Shown piece by piece: positions 15,202-27,878 of a stretch of DNA of 64,000 nt. The position numbers were made by a program, and so were the translations under genes. Location of the stretch: assembly GCF_006345805.1 (NCBI RefSeq), contig NC_043008.1, positions 28,892,001-28,956,000 of the forward strand. The letters are read 5' to 3'. This DNA comes from Octopus sinensis. Lineage: Eukaryota. How positions within the stretch are numbered: position 1 is the first letter of the stretch; every line of letters starts with the position of its first letter. The notes beneath the pieces are model-generated. The model saw only the letters and a program-made list of their open reading frames with translations, was not told the origin of the DNA and did no database searches.

Positions 15202-15435
15202 CATTACACCAGTTTTTCCTTGGGATGTTACTCCATATATTTCTAAGAACTTATTTTTAAAAATGTATGTCTGAGTCATGATTCATATACCTATTAGTAT
15301 TTGTTTTTTCTAACTGAATTCAAATACATCTTATGACAGTATAGCTTATATTTCTATGTATTCGCCTCCACCTTAGCCAGAATAATTCCCCGTGTAACTG
15401 TAACTAATTCTATAATTTTCAATTTTATAAATTCA

Positions 15436-16339
15436 CTAGCAGTATCGCCCGGCGTTGCTCGGGTTTGTAAGGGAAATAACTATAAAGCATTTTTAGAGAG
15501 TTATAGCGAAAAAATAGCAAAAAAATGCATTAAAAATGGAAAAAAAATTATAGTAATTTTTTTTTCAATCGTTGACTCATCGTAGACATTTTTAGAGAGT
15601 TACTTATATAATAGCAAAAAAATGCATTAAAATGGAAAAAATGATGGTAAATTATTTTTAAAATCGTAGACTTATCGTAGACACGCGCTAATACCCAGAA
15701 GGGCTCGATATGAATCACGACTATAAGATACCCGGTTTTGGTTAAACTGCACCGCAAAATATGGGAGTAGTTAAGAATCTAAATCGTAGGAGACAGACAC
15801 ACAACTTCACTTTTATATATAAAGATTTGTGCAACAACTAAAACATTCGGTTGTGCAAATTGTTTGCACAGGAAACCTACCCTGTGTGGCGGTTTTTGCC
15901 GTTTTTGTGGATCTGTTTCAGCTTTTTTAGCGATTTCTGTTTTGGCGACTTCCAGCCATGAAGTCGTTGTTCTAAATGAACGCTGGTCTCCTTGACAACG
16001 CTTTACGACGTTGATTTCCTTAAACTCCCTTCCCCACAGCTTCACGAGGGAGGGAAGAAGGGGGAGAAGCAACACAGGTGCAGGTGTGAGCGTGGACGCC
16101 AACTCCGCCGCCATCGACACACGAAAAAATATGCGTTAAAATGGAAAAAAACTATGGTAAATTATTTTTAAAATCGTAGCCTCATTGTAGACGCGCGCTA
16201 ATACCCAGACGGGCTCGATATGAATCACGACTATAAGATACCCGAATTTGGTTAAGCTGCACCGCAAAATGTGGGAGTAGTTAGGAATCTAAATCGTAGG
16301 AGACAGACACTCACACAACTTCACCTTTATATATGTAGA
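15436..16339 (-). mobile_element. Composite non-autonomous Helitron (two 5' ends, one canonical 3' end, GC-rich cargo)
   Basis: 3' hairpin+CTAG|T at 15436; 5' TC ends at 15825 and 16339; cargo 15826-16115 partly shared with 2546-2705. Confidence 0.82.
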
Positions 16340-17059
16340 TATACTTATACAATTATGATACCACTTAATATTCATCATATCCTAATATGAATACGTTCTG
16401 CACCTATGTATAATTGAAAATATATTAAGTGTCTAACTATCGCCCTATACCCCCAAATGGGAACGGACACTTACCCACCTTCAATTGTAGTCTATAAGTC
16501 TGAATACATTTTCATTTATTCATTTCAATTTTTGCTTTTCTATTTACAGAAAATTACTTGTAAATTTGAAAGTATAACTCAGATCTATCCATAACGAAAT
16601 AACACTTCCTCACTTTAGAGCATAATTTCTCTCTGCATTTTAATACGATAATGTACTCCCTCCGATAGAATCCAGTTTTGTTTCTTTTTTGCATTCATTG
16701 CTTCATCCTTCATTTTTCTCGTTCAGACTAGTAAATTCGATATACATACTTGTAAATTTGATATATATCTCAGATATATTCAACAACATACTGTACCCAT
16801 AACCGTAGGTAATACTCATCGCCCATTCATTGGGTAAAGCCCCTTAGACAATTCATTCCTTAATTTTTTATTTGTCTTGTATTTTATTGATAGATTTAAC
16901 GGACTTTAACAACGCCATTATTTTCAAATATTAAGTTGTAGGATTAACTATGTCCTCACCCTACTTTTCATAGGGGTATTAGGATGAGGTTTTTGTTAAT
17001 AAGCAATAAGTAATAACATGATTTTACCCAACTTATTCTTTCATTGATATACTTATGTA

Positions 17060-17360
17060 TTGATTTCCTCAAACGAGTTCACATTAGTAAACTTTCTCAA
17101 TTCTTTTTTTATGGTTCTCTATTAAATAGGCGTTACCCTCTAACTTTTGACCCCTGTGCTATCGACCATCTCATTAAACTCACTCTGCTACCTCTTACCC
17201 TCGCTAGTTCCCCCAATGAAATTGAAGTAGGATGTAACTCTCATAACCAGTGGAAATTACTCCTGGAAGCGACTTTCTTTGACTTAAAATGTAATCCCAT
17301 GGATTATGGATATCTCCTTGGTATTCGACGTTTTTACCCTTCCTTACTATTTCTATTATG
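17060..17360 (+). repeat. Diverged copy of the sequence upstream of the HHR in the 1224-bp unit (probable PLE 3' UTR relic)
   Basis: aaattgaagtaggatgta, tggaaattactcctggaag and catggattatggatat also occur on the minus strand of 13380-13650. Confidence 0.65.
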
Positions 17361-19804
17361 TTATGCTGGTTTTGTGCCAAAATTTGAAGCCAATATATTA
17401 TATAGAAATATATTGCGAGCGAGAGAGAGATTAGAAGGGAGAGAGACGGATAGATACATATATACATTTAATGATCGGGGAAGTCATACAGTTTCTCTAA
17501 ACCAACTTTTCTCACAAGAAGCACGTCCGCCTGAGGCTACAGCGCAATCATTACTCTAAACTTCTTAACTTTTCTGCCTATCAGCTTTTCAGATATTTCA
17601 ATGTAAATAAATGTGGGGAAATATAATCATTTTAGGCATATTCTCATACGAATCTCTGCAATATTTCTTTGGCTTTAGTTTCCCTATTTTAATTCGTAAA
17701 ATTTTGATTAGGTATATATAATGTTATTTCTGCATGTAATTATATATCAATGTCTGTAATTGTATATCAATGTTCGAAACCATTTTCAATTTTGATTAAC
17801 ATCAAGTAATACGTATTTATTATATCAGTCACAATTATTATTATCGTTTAAAAACATGGTCGGTGATATCTCTTTCTGATTGATAGCTGTAATAGTAAAT
17901 ATTAACTATGATTTATTGGTTGATGTATCTATCAAATGTATTTATATCTCTTGGACATTTGATTGAGAGTACGTATGTATATGATTAAATATCTTTTTCA
18001 CGCACAAAAAGAAATATCAATTTACTACATCTATAGGAAAACCAAGTACGTGGACAAATCAAAATGCATTTGTGTCAATAGAAGCAAATAAGAAACGTTT
18101 GACGAAACAACGTTGATAATATTTCAGATACTTGAGATATATCATGGTATAGTGAGAAAATAATCAATAAATATTATTGGTGTGGTTAAAGGAACAGTTA
18201 CCAGCATTCTTAATATTAATTTCCGCAGAGCTTGCCCTGCACGCGCGACATACAACAGGCCATACAACAGCTCTAGAAGATTATGATATATTACGTACTT
18301 CTAAAAGCAGCGATGGATCATATGGGGTGAAGCAGGGCAACAACATTCCATATAGCAGTTCAGATTTTTAAAATTTAAATAATATAAATATTCAGGTGAA
18401 TATAAAAAAAATCTTTGCATATGAAATAACATCAAACTTAAACTGTGTTATGAATTCGTTTCGTCTTCTTTGTATCTATCACAATTTTTAAAGTTAGCAA
18501 AGTTCTTCGTCTTCTTTATAATAATACATTTATCGGAAATGCTGTGGCTTATCAAACCGGAATCATTTCGGTTTAAGAAACGAAGTTGTAAGTCGCAAAA
18601 CAATATTGCCCCCACTTAATATTTAGCACATTTGAGCACTCTAGATCGTGAAGTAAATTTGCAGAGGGACTTTATATTAGAGAACGAATATATCACTAAA
18701 GATCGAGGGCAGAAATTTCAAACCAAGTTAGAATGACGTTGGAATGTCAGATGCAAATTTTCGGCTTGGTTTCTCCTTCGTGATACGCATTCCACCATTC
18801 TTTAAACCTATACAAGAAGGCCGCTTCTTAAACATTTCTAAACTGAAATAACACACACCCTTATTTTGACACTCAGTGCACTGTGTGTTTATACAACTGT
18901 AATCTCATCTAGACAAATTTAGGCACACGGCAACATGTTGTGTTTGCTGTTTTCTTCATAAAAACAAAGGTACCTCTCTGTAAAGGATCGACCTGAAGTC
19001 GATCATTCCTTGACGTAGGGCATCTTTGAGACACAGGTGTTTCCATTTTGTTCTGTCTCTTGTCTCCAAACCTCTACTGGATCGAATAACTCTAAACTAA
19101 CAGTGTTCTTCTCAATAAGATTTATGGGATTCAACAAATAAATTATTCATAGTCTTTTGGAAACAAATATGTTATTACTTAGGCTAACATCCATTGTCGG
19201 TTTACAAAAGTACACCCATCATTCATCACATACCACTAGTTGGAATAAAACTTACCATCCTTACCTTCAAATTCCTGCAGGAAATCAGAACACACTTCCA
19301 ACTTTCTCAACTCCATGTCGAGGATCACCTGCGGTGGCGCACACATTTTTCAATACTAATAGCCTTCCAGTATATACCATACTCTGTGTAGCAATATACA
19401 CATTGTAACAAGTTCGTCTTCTCTTACTGCTGATCGTAGTTATGGTCTGGGACAGAGTGGTTTGTTATAAATGGGGATTTCCATTCCTCAATCATTTTCA
19501 CTCATCTTCACATATTGTTTTTGTCAATGTCATCTTAAACAAACTGAACACTTCTGTGAAAGTAAGACAATCTGCGACGCACCTTCCCCATGAATCCATC
19601 ATCTACCTTGAAGGAAGAAGGTAAAGCAAGATAAATTATCGTAGACATGTGATCATTGAAACAAATTTTTCAACTTGAAAGACCTACGTCAGTTAATTAA
19701 AAATTTAGGCTCAGATTTGGATCATTCTCAGACAATCCTCGTAATAACATGCGAACTGCAATGTTTCTTCGTATTCCATCATTTCCGTCCTCATTACTGT
19801 TGCA

Positions 19805-19847
19805 TCTGCTGCTGCTGCTGCTACTGCTGCTGCTACTGCTGCTGCTG

Positions 19848-19918
<71 letters not shown>
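19805..19918. repeat. (CTG)n-(CTA)n microsatellite
   Basis: Direct. Confidence 0.95.
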
Positions 19919-19919
<1 letters not shown>

Positions 19920-19920
19920 A

Positions 19921-20343
19921 GTCTAATTATCCCAACGGGAATTACGTGTGGATCCAAGATGGTGCTCCTACTCGTATGACTTTTGGCCTTCCAACTTCTG
20001 TCCTCCTTCCAGCGCAGACTTGAACCTCCTCAACTATGCCGTATGGGGAAAATCCGAGCAATCTGCCAACAGAACTTCGCATCAAAGTGTTGATCATCTT
20101 AAGTAATTTCTGAGGGAAGAGTGGGACAGCATGTCTGAGTACTTCATCATGAACAGTTGTAACGCCCTCAGGTGGCGTGTGAAAACTGTAGATGTCAATG
20201 AAGGCACCCATATTAAATAAGTTGTCTCTTTATACACCCACAAATATGTGTTAAAATTAAATTTACTTCAGGTTGCTGATTGTTGTAAAATAAGAAAGTT
20301 AGTGAATTATCTATTATTTTCCAAGTTTTGCTTCCTCACCGTG
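19921..20343 (+). mobile_element. 3' fragment of a Tc1/mariner transposon (DD37D/maT-like)
   Basis: NYVWIQDGAP ... PPSSADLNLLNYAVWG ... NEGTHIK*; TIR-like end ttttgcttcctcaccgtg|TA. Confidence 0.78.
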
Positions 20344-20754
20344 TACGTAACATTTCCAATCGGTTTAGATCAGAATACATGACTCAGTGACTTGTATTGC
20401 ATCAGACTATCCAAGACAAAACTGTATGTTAACACTACCAATTAGTTAACATCACAATCCCTGGGGACCACTGCCTTGCATCATTCTAATAATAATAATA
20501 CTTTTTTTTTCATTATTTTCTCTTTATCAGGGGTTTTGTCGGAGCTCCTAGAGTCTTGCATGCGTAGCGAGCTGACTACTTGCAGCTTACGGTACCATGC
20601 TATTCGTTCTTTTGAGCTATCTAATACTTTCCTGATTATTTTAACATTTCCAAGGAGGCAAGCCTTTCCTGACAGTTCTACTGGGCACTGTTATCATGTC
20701 ATATAATTCTGCTTGTTCCTCCCTTAGTTCGTCCGTCAGTACGCTCTTCATATA

Positions 20755-20997
20755 ATATATAAAAGGAGGGATAGAGAGGTAGTGAGAGAGAAAGGGTCAG
20801 AGTGAAAGGGGGAAAGAGAAAGTGGTGATAGAAATTGTGTGTGTGTGTGTGTGTGTGTGAAACAGAAGACAAGCAGACACATAAATACATCGACACATCA
20901 GTATATCAAAGAGAAATAACAGTAAATTTTCAATATTACATTTACTTTTCAATATATAGGAGAGGTAGTGAGAAAGAAAGAGTCAGAGGCAGAGGCA

Positions 20998-21031
<34 letters not shown>

Positions 21032-21545
21032 TGATAGTAAGTGTGAGTGTGTATGAACGTGTGACATTCTGTGTTTCTAGATAGATATGTAGATAGAGAC
21101 ATAATTATACACATCTATACTTACATTTATAGATGTGTCTCTATCTATCTATGAGCACACACAGAATGTCACACGTTCACACATTCGCACACACTTTCTA
21201 TCACCACTCTCACTCTCCCCCATCCTCCTCCTCTGACTCTTTCTCTCTCACTGCCGCTCTGTCCCTCCTCTGTATCGTAAAGTACAACTCACAGCGAAAA
21301 TATACTGTAGTTATTTCTCTTTGGTTTAACAATGTGTCGATGTATTTATCTATCTAATTGTCTTCTGTGAAATGAAACACAAGTAGATACATAAATATAT
21401 CGACACATTGGTAAATCAAAGAGAAATAACTACATTAATTTTTTGATGTTACTTTTACTTTTCTATACAGAGGAGGAACAGAGAGATAGTGAGAGAGAAA
21501 GGGTCAGAGGGAGATAGAGGACGAGAGAGAGTGGTAATAGTGTGT
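20755..21545. repeat. Cluster of four related GA-rich units of up to about 250 bp, oriented +,+,-,+
   Basis: atacatcgacaca...caaagagaaataac at about 20885 and 21395, reverse complement at about 21310-21355; gtgagagagaaagggtcagag recurs. Confidence 0.75.
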
Positions 21546-21879
21546 GTGTGTGTGTGTGTGTGCGTGTGTGTGTGCGTGTGGTGTGTGTGTGCGTGTGTGT
21601 GTGCGTGTGTGTGTGTGTGTGCGTGTGTGTGTGTGTGTGAACATGTGATATTATGTGTGTTTTTAGACAGATAGATGGATACCTAGCTAGCTAGAAAGTA
21701 GATAAATAGATAGATAGATAGATAGACACGCACATCTATACATATCAATATATGCATGTATAGAAGTGTGTAAACTGTAAATCGGGGTTGGGATTTTTAA
21801 CTATATATCTAATGAAACAAATTTTGAAATGGCATCAAATGTTATTCAAAATATTTGCTTCCGACAGATATACATATCT

Positions 21880-22260
21880 GGAAGCACTCCGTCAGTTACG
21901 ACGACGATGGTTCCGGTTGATCCGATCAACGGAACAGCCTGCTCGTGAAATTAACGTGCAAGTGGCTCAGCACTCCACAGACACATGTACCCTTAACGTA
22001 GTTCTCGGGGATATTCAGCGTGACACAGAGAGTGACAAGGCTGGCCCTTTGAAATACAGGTACAACAGAAACAGGAAGTAAGAGTGAGAGAAATTTGTGG
22101 TGATAGAGTACAGCAGGGATCACCACCATCCCTGCCGGAGCCTCGTGGAGCTTTAGGTGTTTTCGCTCAATAAACACTCACAACGCCCTGTCTGGGAATC
22201 GAACTCGAGATCCTACGACCGCGAGTCCGCTGCCCTAACCACTGGGCCATTGCGCCTCCA
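21880..22260 (-). mobile_element. Well-preserved tRNA-derived SINE (about 380 bp)
   Basis: Minus strand ggaggcgcaaTGGCCCAGTGGttagggcagcggactcgcggtcgtaggatctcGAGTTCGATTCccag with intact A and B boxes. Confidence 0.88.
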
Positions 22261-22266
22261 TACATA

Positions 22267-25200
22267 TCTAATAAAATAAGTAAAGAAAACAAAATTTGAA
22301 TTGAAATAAAATGTTACTCAAAATGTGTCGTTTTTTTTATCGCGGTTGCTACTGACTTGCGCGGGTTTGCGGGTCTAGAAGCAAAGTGCGGTTCTCATGG
22401 TAACAAGCTGTTAATGCCTTACTGTCTGTTGATGGGCTAAAATTTCCCAAATGTTCAACCTTTATTTTCAAATAACATCAGATTCTTCTTTTACGAGATA
22501 ACGTAATTACCTGAGAATAAGCAAAATTCAGTACTGCACCAATTCACCAACATTGTAAAGAATCTGAGCAAAATTAAAGGGGTCTAAATTTGTGAGTAAA
22601 ACACAGAAGATCAATATTGCCAATAACAGTTCATTTTTATCAATATTTTCGTCGTGTTTTGTATATATATTATCTTGTGCTACTTTTGTGCTTATAGACT
22701 GCATTCAAAATGAACCGGCAGCAAAAACTGGAAGCTGCTCACGCAAGATTGAGGCTCTACAGGCAGATGATTAAGGAATAGCAGAAGTAGGAAATCCTAG
22801 AGAGAAACAAGCAACACAGCAGCTGAGACGAATGTCAATGGAGGGTGAACAACTGCAGCAAGACAAGTGGAGACAACAAATAAGACGAGAAAATATTAAT
22901 GAGGGACAACGTGCATAGTACCACGAGCAACAGAGAAATTTATCACAGCAAAGGAGGGACAATATAAATGAGGAACAGCGTGCACAATACCAAGAGCATC
23001 AGATACACATATCTCAGGAAAGGAGAGAAAATATGAAGGAGGGACAGCGGTGTGCACAGTACCACGAGCAGCAGAGAAACTTGTTTCAGCAAAGAGTAGA
23101 GAAAATAAATCAACATGACTGGGTTATTTATGAGCAAAACCGAAAGAGAAGATATCGAAAAAGAGTTCGAAATATGAATGCTGGTGAAATTGACAATTTA
23201 AGGAGACATCATATGCAATGACAGCGTGTGAGAAGACATTGGCCAGTGCTGAACAGATCTATTATAAAAGAATTTGAATAATTTATCAAAGGAGAAAAGA
23301 ACATCATATGTAACACTACGGTGCGCTTATGTTTAGAAATGAAAAGAACAGTTGTTCCCACAATGGAAAAATGGACGTGCTTGAATTGTAACCATATCCA
23401 GAGACACAAAAAAAAACCTACTTGAGGGCAACAATCAAGAGTCCGTTTCATTCCGTAAAAATAGCAGAAATTACAAGTGGACCCTCTCCTTTGTGTTGTT
23501 TGGAGTTTAACTGGCAGCACCTCCAGGAAGGGGTCCGTATTGCTTCCGCATTCAGGGCCAAACTTACCACACGATGACAAACCTGCATCTGCTAATGATC
23601 AACCACAATACGGCCAGTTATACATCATAGATGCGGATGAAGCTCTGTAGCACTGGATGGATGCGCCTCAAAATTCTGAGTGCTCCCCTGTTACTATGAA
23701 AAAAATAAATTGTGTTATCCAACAAAGTAATCCTTATGCAGAATTGTACAAGAACATGCCTGCAGGTGAACAAGAAGTGGAAAGGGCCAGAAGAGACAAT
23801 GTGCCAATACGGACGTTTGAGTCACGCTTCAGGAGATGGTCCGATGTCAGGCACAACAATTTCGTCACTAGCAATGAAAAAGTAGCAGTATTTGTTGGAG
23901 AAAATGGTGCCCCTCTTGAAATTAGAGACATTATTGAGTATCCCATAGATGCTCCTCCTCCAAAACTATCTTACACGTCATGTCACTTGAACCCTATGAT
24001 CTACCCAATTCCGTTTATCCCTGAGGAATTTGGATGGCATTATGAGATGCAACAAGTCATAAAATACCGGACGCGTGTGCTTAATCGTCTGATAATGCAA
24101 CAATACTACAGCTATCGTTTTGAATTCATGGTTGGGTTTAGTGTTATTCACAGAGCTGTAAAATTATTTCAAAAATATCTTGTGGATGACTATGTCAATG
24201 TCGAAGTTTGCAATATCTAGGGAACAATCAAAACCAGATGCGAGTGAAAAGGTACAACAGATCGGTGGACCATTTGAACACAGGGTCAGATGAGAATATT
24301 GAACCAGGAGTGCCAGTCATACAATACAGCTTTCCTCATTCACAGGCAGTCCAAGGAATATGCACCAATATTTTCAGGATGCCATGTCAAGTGTTTAAAA
24401 TTGTTCTAAGCCAGACTTGTTCATCACTCACACCTGAAACCCGAAGTGCCCTGAGATAGTTGATAATCTACAGCAAAATGAAAGATCTGAAAATAGGTCA
24501 GATTTAGTTCCCCGTGAGTACAAGTCACACATTGCTGAACTTATGAGGTACATAAAAGATAGATACATTTTGTGGGTGCCAGTGGCTCATAGCCCTGTCC
24601 ATTGAGTTTCAGAAGGGAGGTTTTCCTCACTGCCACATGTTGGTAGATCTAAGAAATGAGGACATGCTCAGAAACAGCGAAGACATAGATAGGATCGAGA
24701 CATCTGAAACTCCTGATGCTAATGATGATCGTGTCTTGCAAGATTTAGTAAAAATATGCATGATACATGGTCATTGCGGAACAGATAATTCTCCTTCCCC
24801 TCCCATGGAAAATGGCTCATGTCAAAAGAAATTCCCAAAGAACTACATCCAAAGTACAGAACACGCAATACTGACGTCACAACTCAAGCTGGACGTCGCT
24901 CACATGACAATAGGAACGTTGTGCTGTACAATGCCTACCTGCTCAAAAGGTACAGAGCTCACATTCAAGTAGAAATTTGTCCATCCGTGAAAAGCATTAA
25001 ATATATCTTCAAGTAGGTGTACATGGGATATGACTTTGCTTCTGGTGAACTAAGAGACAACCCATTGGCAGTTCGTGGGCATTACGAATCTCATGATGAA
25101 ATTACTAATTATCTTGCTTGTCGATATGTTTCTCCTCCAGAAGCTATGCGGGGATTGACAGGGTCCAAGCTACATGACGCATCTCACACTATCTACAGAC

Positions 25201-27777
25201 TTTCAGTACATCTTGAAGACCAACAAAGAGTTTACTTTCACAGAAGCAGTGCTCAGCAAGCTGCTCAGGCACAGGAGCCGCGACACTACCCTCACTGCAT
25301 AGTTCAAACTGAATGAGCATGATGATGATGCCAGGAAATACTTGTACCCTGACATACCGCTGCATTATGTCTTTAATTAGACCAAGGCAAATACTAATAT
25401 CATCAGTATAATGTATACAGTGAGCCCTAGAGACACAGAAGAATTTCACTTGTGAATATTGTTGCCGCATGTTTCAGGCGCTGTGAGCTTTCAGGATTTG
25501 CGCACTGTTGGCAGCATTAAGGCAGCGTGCCAGAGATATGGCATTCTCTGAAACTATGACACACTGCAATATGCATTGCTAAAAGCTGCTGCCTGTAGTA
25601 TGTTCTTACACTTGCGAGTTATGCTTGCTGCCCTGTGCACGTATATGAACCCTGCAAATGCTTTTCACCAGAGGACCACTTACAAGGAATTTATGATTGA
25701 AGACTTCTTGCACCAAGGTTTTAATGTAGAACACGCAGAAAACATGGCACTGCTTTCAACTGATGCATTTCTGATAGAGAATGACATTAATTGTTTAGCA
25801 ATATGGTTGCCTGAACGTACTGGAATACTGTAGCTTAAACACCGTGAAAACCTCGATTACCCAGGCTTTGCAACACTTACTGAGGAACAGAGTGACTGCT
25901 AATGATCTTCTTGAATCTGTAGATAAGAATAGGAGATGTGAGGTGCCCAACCACTCCTGTTTCTATATAGATGCACCAGGAGATTGTGGCAAAATTGTAT
26001 ATTTTAATACCATAGATTCTTATCAGCGGAGAAACAACTGTGTGCAGTGGTGCTTGGACATACATTGACTCTACACTACTGTCAGATGGAAAGACTATCC
26101 ATACATTGTTGAAGTTGCTTGTCCCACTTACGGAGGCCAGCGTTTGTAACTTTCCAGTCATTTCAGACTGTGCAAATCATTAATGGAACCTGGATTTGAT
26201 CATCTTGTGATTGATATAGCCTTGCGAGATATCATTGGCATTGCTGCTTTTTTTTTCTTTTGGTGGTTAAGTTGTGCTCTTGCGGGGAGACTTTAGGCAA
26301 GTCCTACCAATATTGCCAAGAGGAACTCGTGAGGCAATTATTTAAACCTGTATTAAAATTTCTCTTCTATGGCCGAATTTCATCCAATATAGTTTAAACC
26401 AAAACATCAGGACAACAGCAGATCAAAGAGAATGTGCAGCATGGATCTTGCATCTTGGCAATGGAATATATACAGCTCCATAAGATCCTAATCTTACTGT
26501 TGATGACATAGAAGTACCTCAAATCTCATGCTTTCTGGTGGAGGATATCTTCAATAATACATTTGAGGAAGAGAAAAGCAGAGTAATTCTTTCACCTAAG
26601 AACTCAGACTGCCTTCTGATCAATGAAGAAGTTTTTATACAACTTGCAGGTGACTGTCGCACCTATTATAGTACAGATAAAGTCTTGACAGATGATCCTG
26701 CCGAGGCCAAGCGGTATCCACTTGAATTTTTAAACTCTTTGACACCATCAGGAATGCCTCCTCATAAATTGAGTTTAAAACCCGGCTCAATAGTAATGCT
26801 TCTTCGTAACATTTCTATTCAGAAAAGACATGCAATAGTAGAAGACTGGAAGTGGTGACCATGCATCAACATTCAATCGAGGCTTCCTTGATTAGTAGTT
26901 CACTAATTGGCAGACGTGTCATCCCCAGAAAAAGCTGGCTCCAAGTGACCCTAACTTGCCTTTCACCTTGGTGAGACCAAGTTTCTTGTCCGTATGTCAT
27001 ATACCATGACTTTTAACAAGTCACAGGGGCAGACATTTGAGAATGTGGGATTGTTCTTAACTGAGCCAGTGTTCAATCACGGGCAGTTGTATGTGGCATA
27101 CTCTAGAGCTCGCAAAGTCTCAGGTTACGGGTTAAGGTGATGAAAACACACAGAGAAGGAAGGAAAAGAGCGAACTTTAATTAAGAACATAGTCTACCGA
27201 GAAGTACAGACTTGAAGGAGTGGAGTCTTTTCAGCAATTCTGGAGACCCTTGATTGCATTAGCTATGTGTCGTTGGTTTATATGTATATATGCATAAATT
27301 AAATGAATATCTTTCAAAAGAGGAAACTATCTATATGTGGCATGTATTATATAGTTTTGTACATATATAGGTCTATTGTTTTCTCTGTTAATATCGGAGG
27401 AAACTGGCCTGGTTCTATGTTGGCGGGGGGAGTACCACTGACTCATTGGTATTGGCAATCTTTGCTCACATGGTGGACACTTACAAGTATCTCTATGTGT
27501 TGTTTATTTTCTCAGCCTATGAGTATTGTATGTTAAAAAAGGATAGAATTGATAGTTAAGTTTTATGTATTTGTAAATAGAATCGTGTGAATATATGCAA
27601 TTTTAGTATTTACTACCTAAGTATCTCATTCTATTATATATCTAGAGATATTAATTACTCCTTTCTTCAATGAGTTATTTTTATACATACATACATACAT
27701 ACACATATATAGAAAAAGTTTATTATTTACTCAACATTCTATTAATCGGTTCGTGGAAATTCCACGAGTCTCGCTAG
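22267..27777 (+). mobile_element. Helitron with intact canonical termini (5511 bp), coding region decayed
   Basis: A|TCTAAT 5' end; hairpin tcgtggaa-a-ttccacga 27751-27767; CTAG|T 10 nt later; no TSD; encloses RepHel motifs. Confidence 0.92.
22711..27215 (+). pseudogene. Helitron Rep/PIF1-helicase pseudogene
   Basis: PPGRGPYCFRIQGQTYH; PQYGQLYI; NPMIYP; LFQKYLVD; FTGSPRNMHQYFQDAM; KPDLFIT; HUH motif EFQKGGFPHCH (HCH 24628-24636); KYIFK; DAPGDCGK; GDFRQVLP; PSGMPPHKL; MTFNKSQGQT; HGQLYVAYSR; many stops and frameshifts. Confidence 0.95.
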
Positions 27778-27837
27778 TTATTATTATTATTACAATTATT
27801 ATGATAATTATCATCATCCTCATCATCATCATTATTA

Positions 27838-27878
<41 letters not shown>

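Noticed and set aside
17044-17559. 171-aa ORF
   Set aside because: It runs across a non-coding repeat, a SINE tail and (GA)n, with no recognisable motif.
18900-19800. Coding-like relic on the minus strand (RGLETRDRTKWKHL; hairpin gatcgac/gtcgatc near 18987)
   Set aside because: Perhaps an old LINE 3' end, but I could not find a diagnostic motif to support a call.
21880-22260. tRNA-like sequence with good A and B boxes
   Set aside because: No acceptor stem or full cloverleaf, and it runs into a SINE body, so it is called a SINE rather than a tRNA gene.
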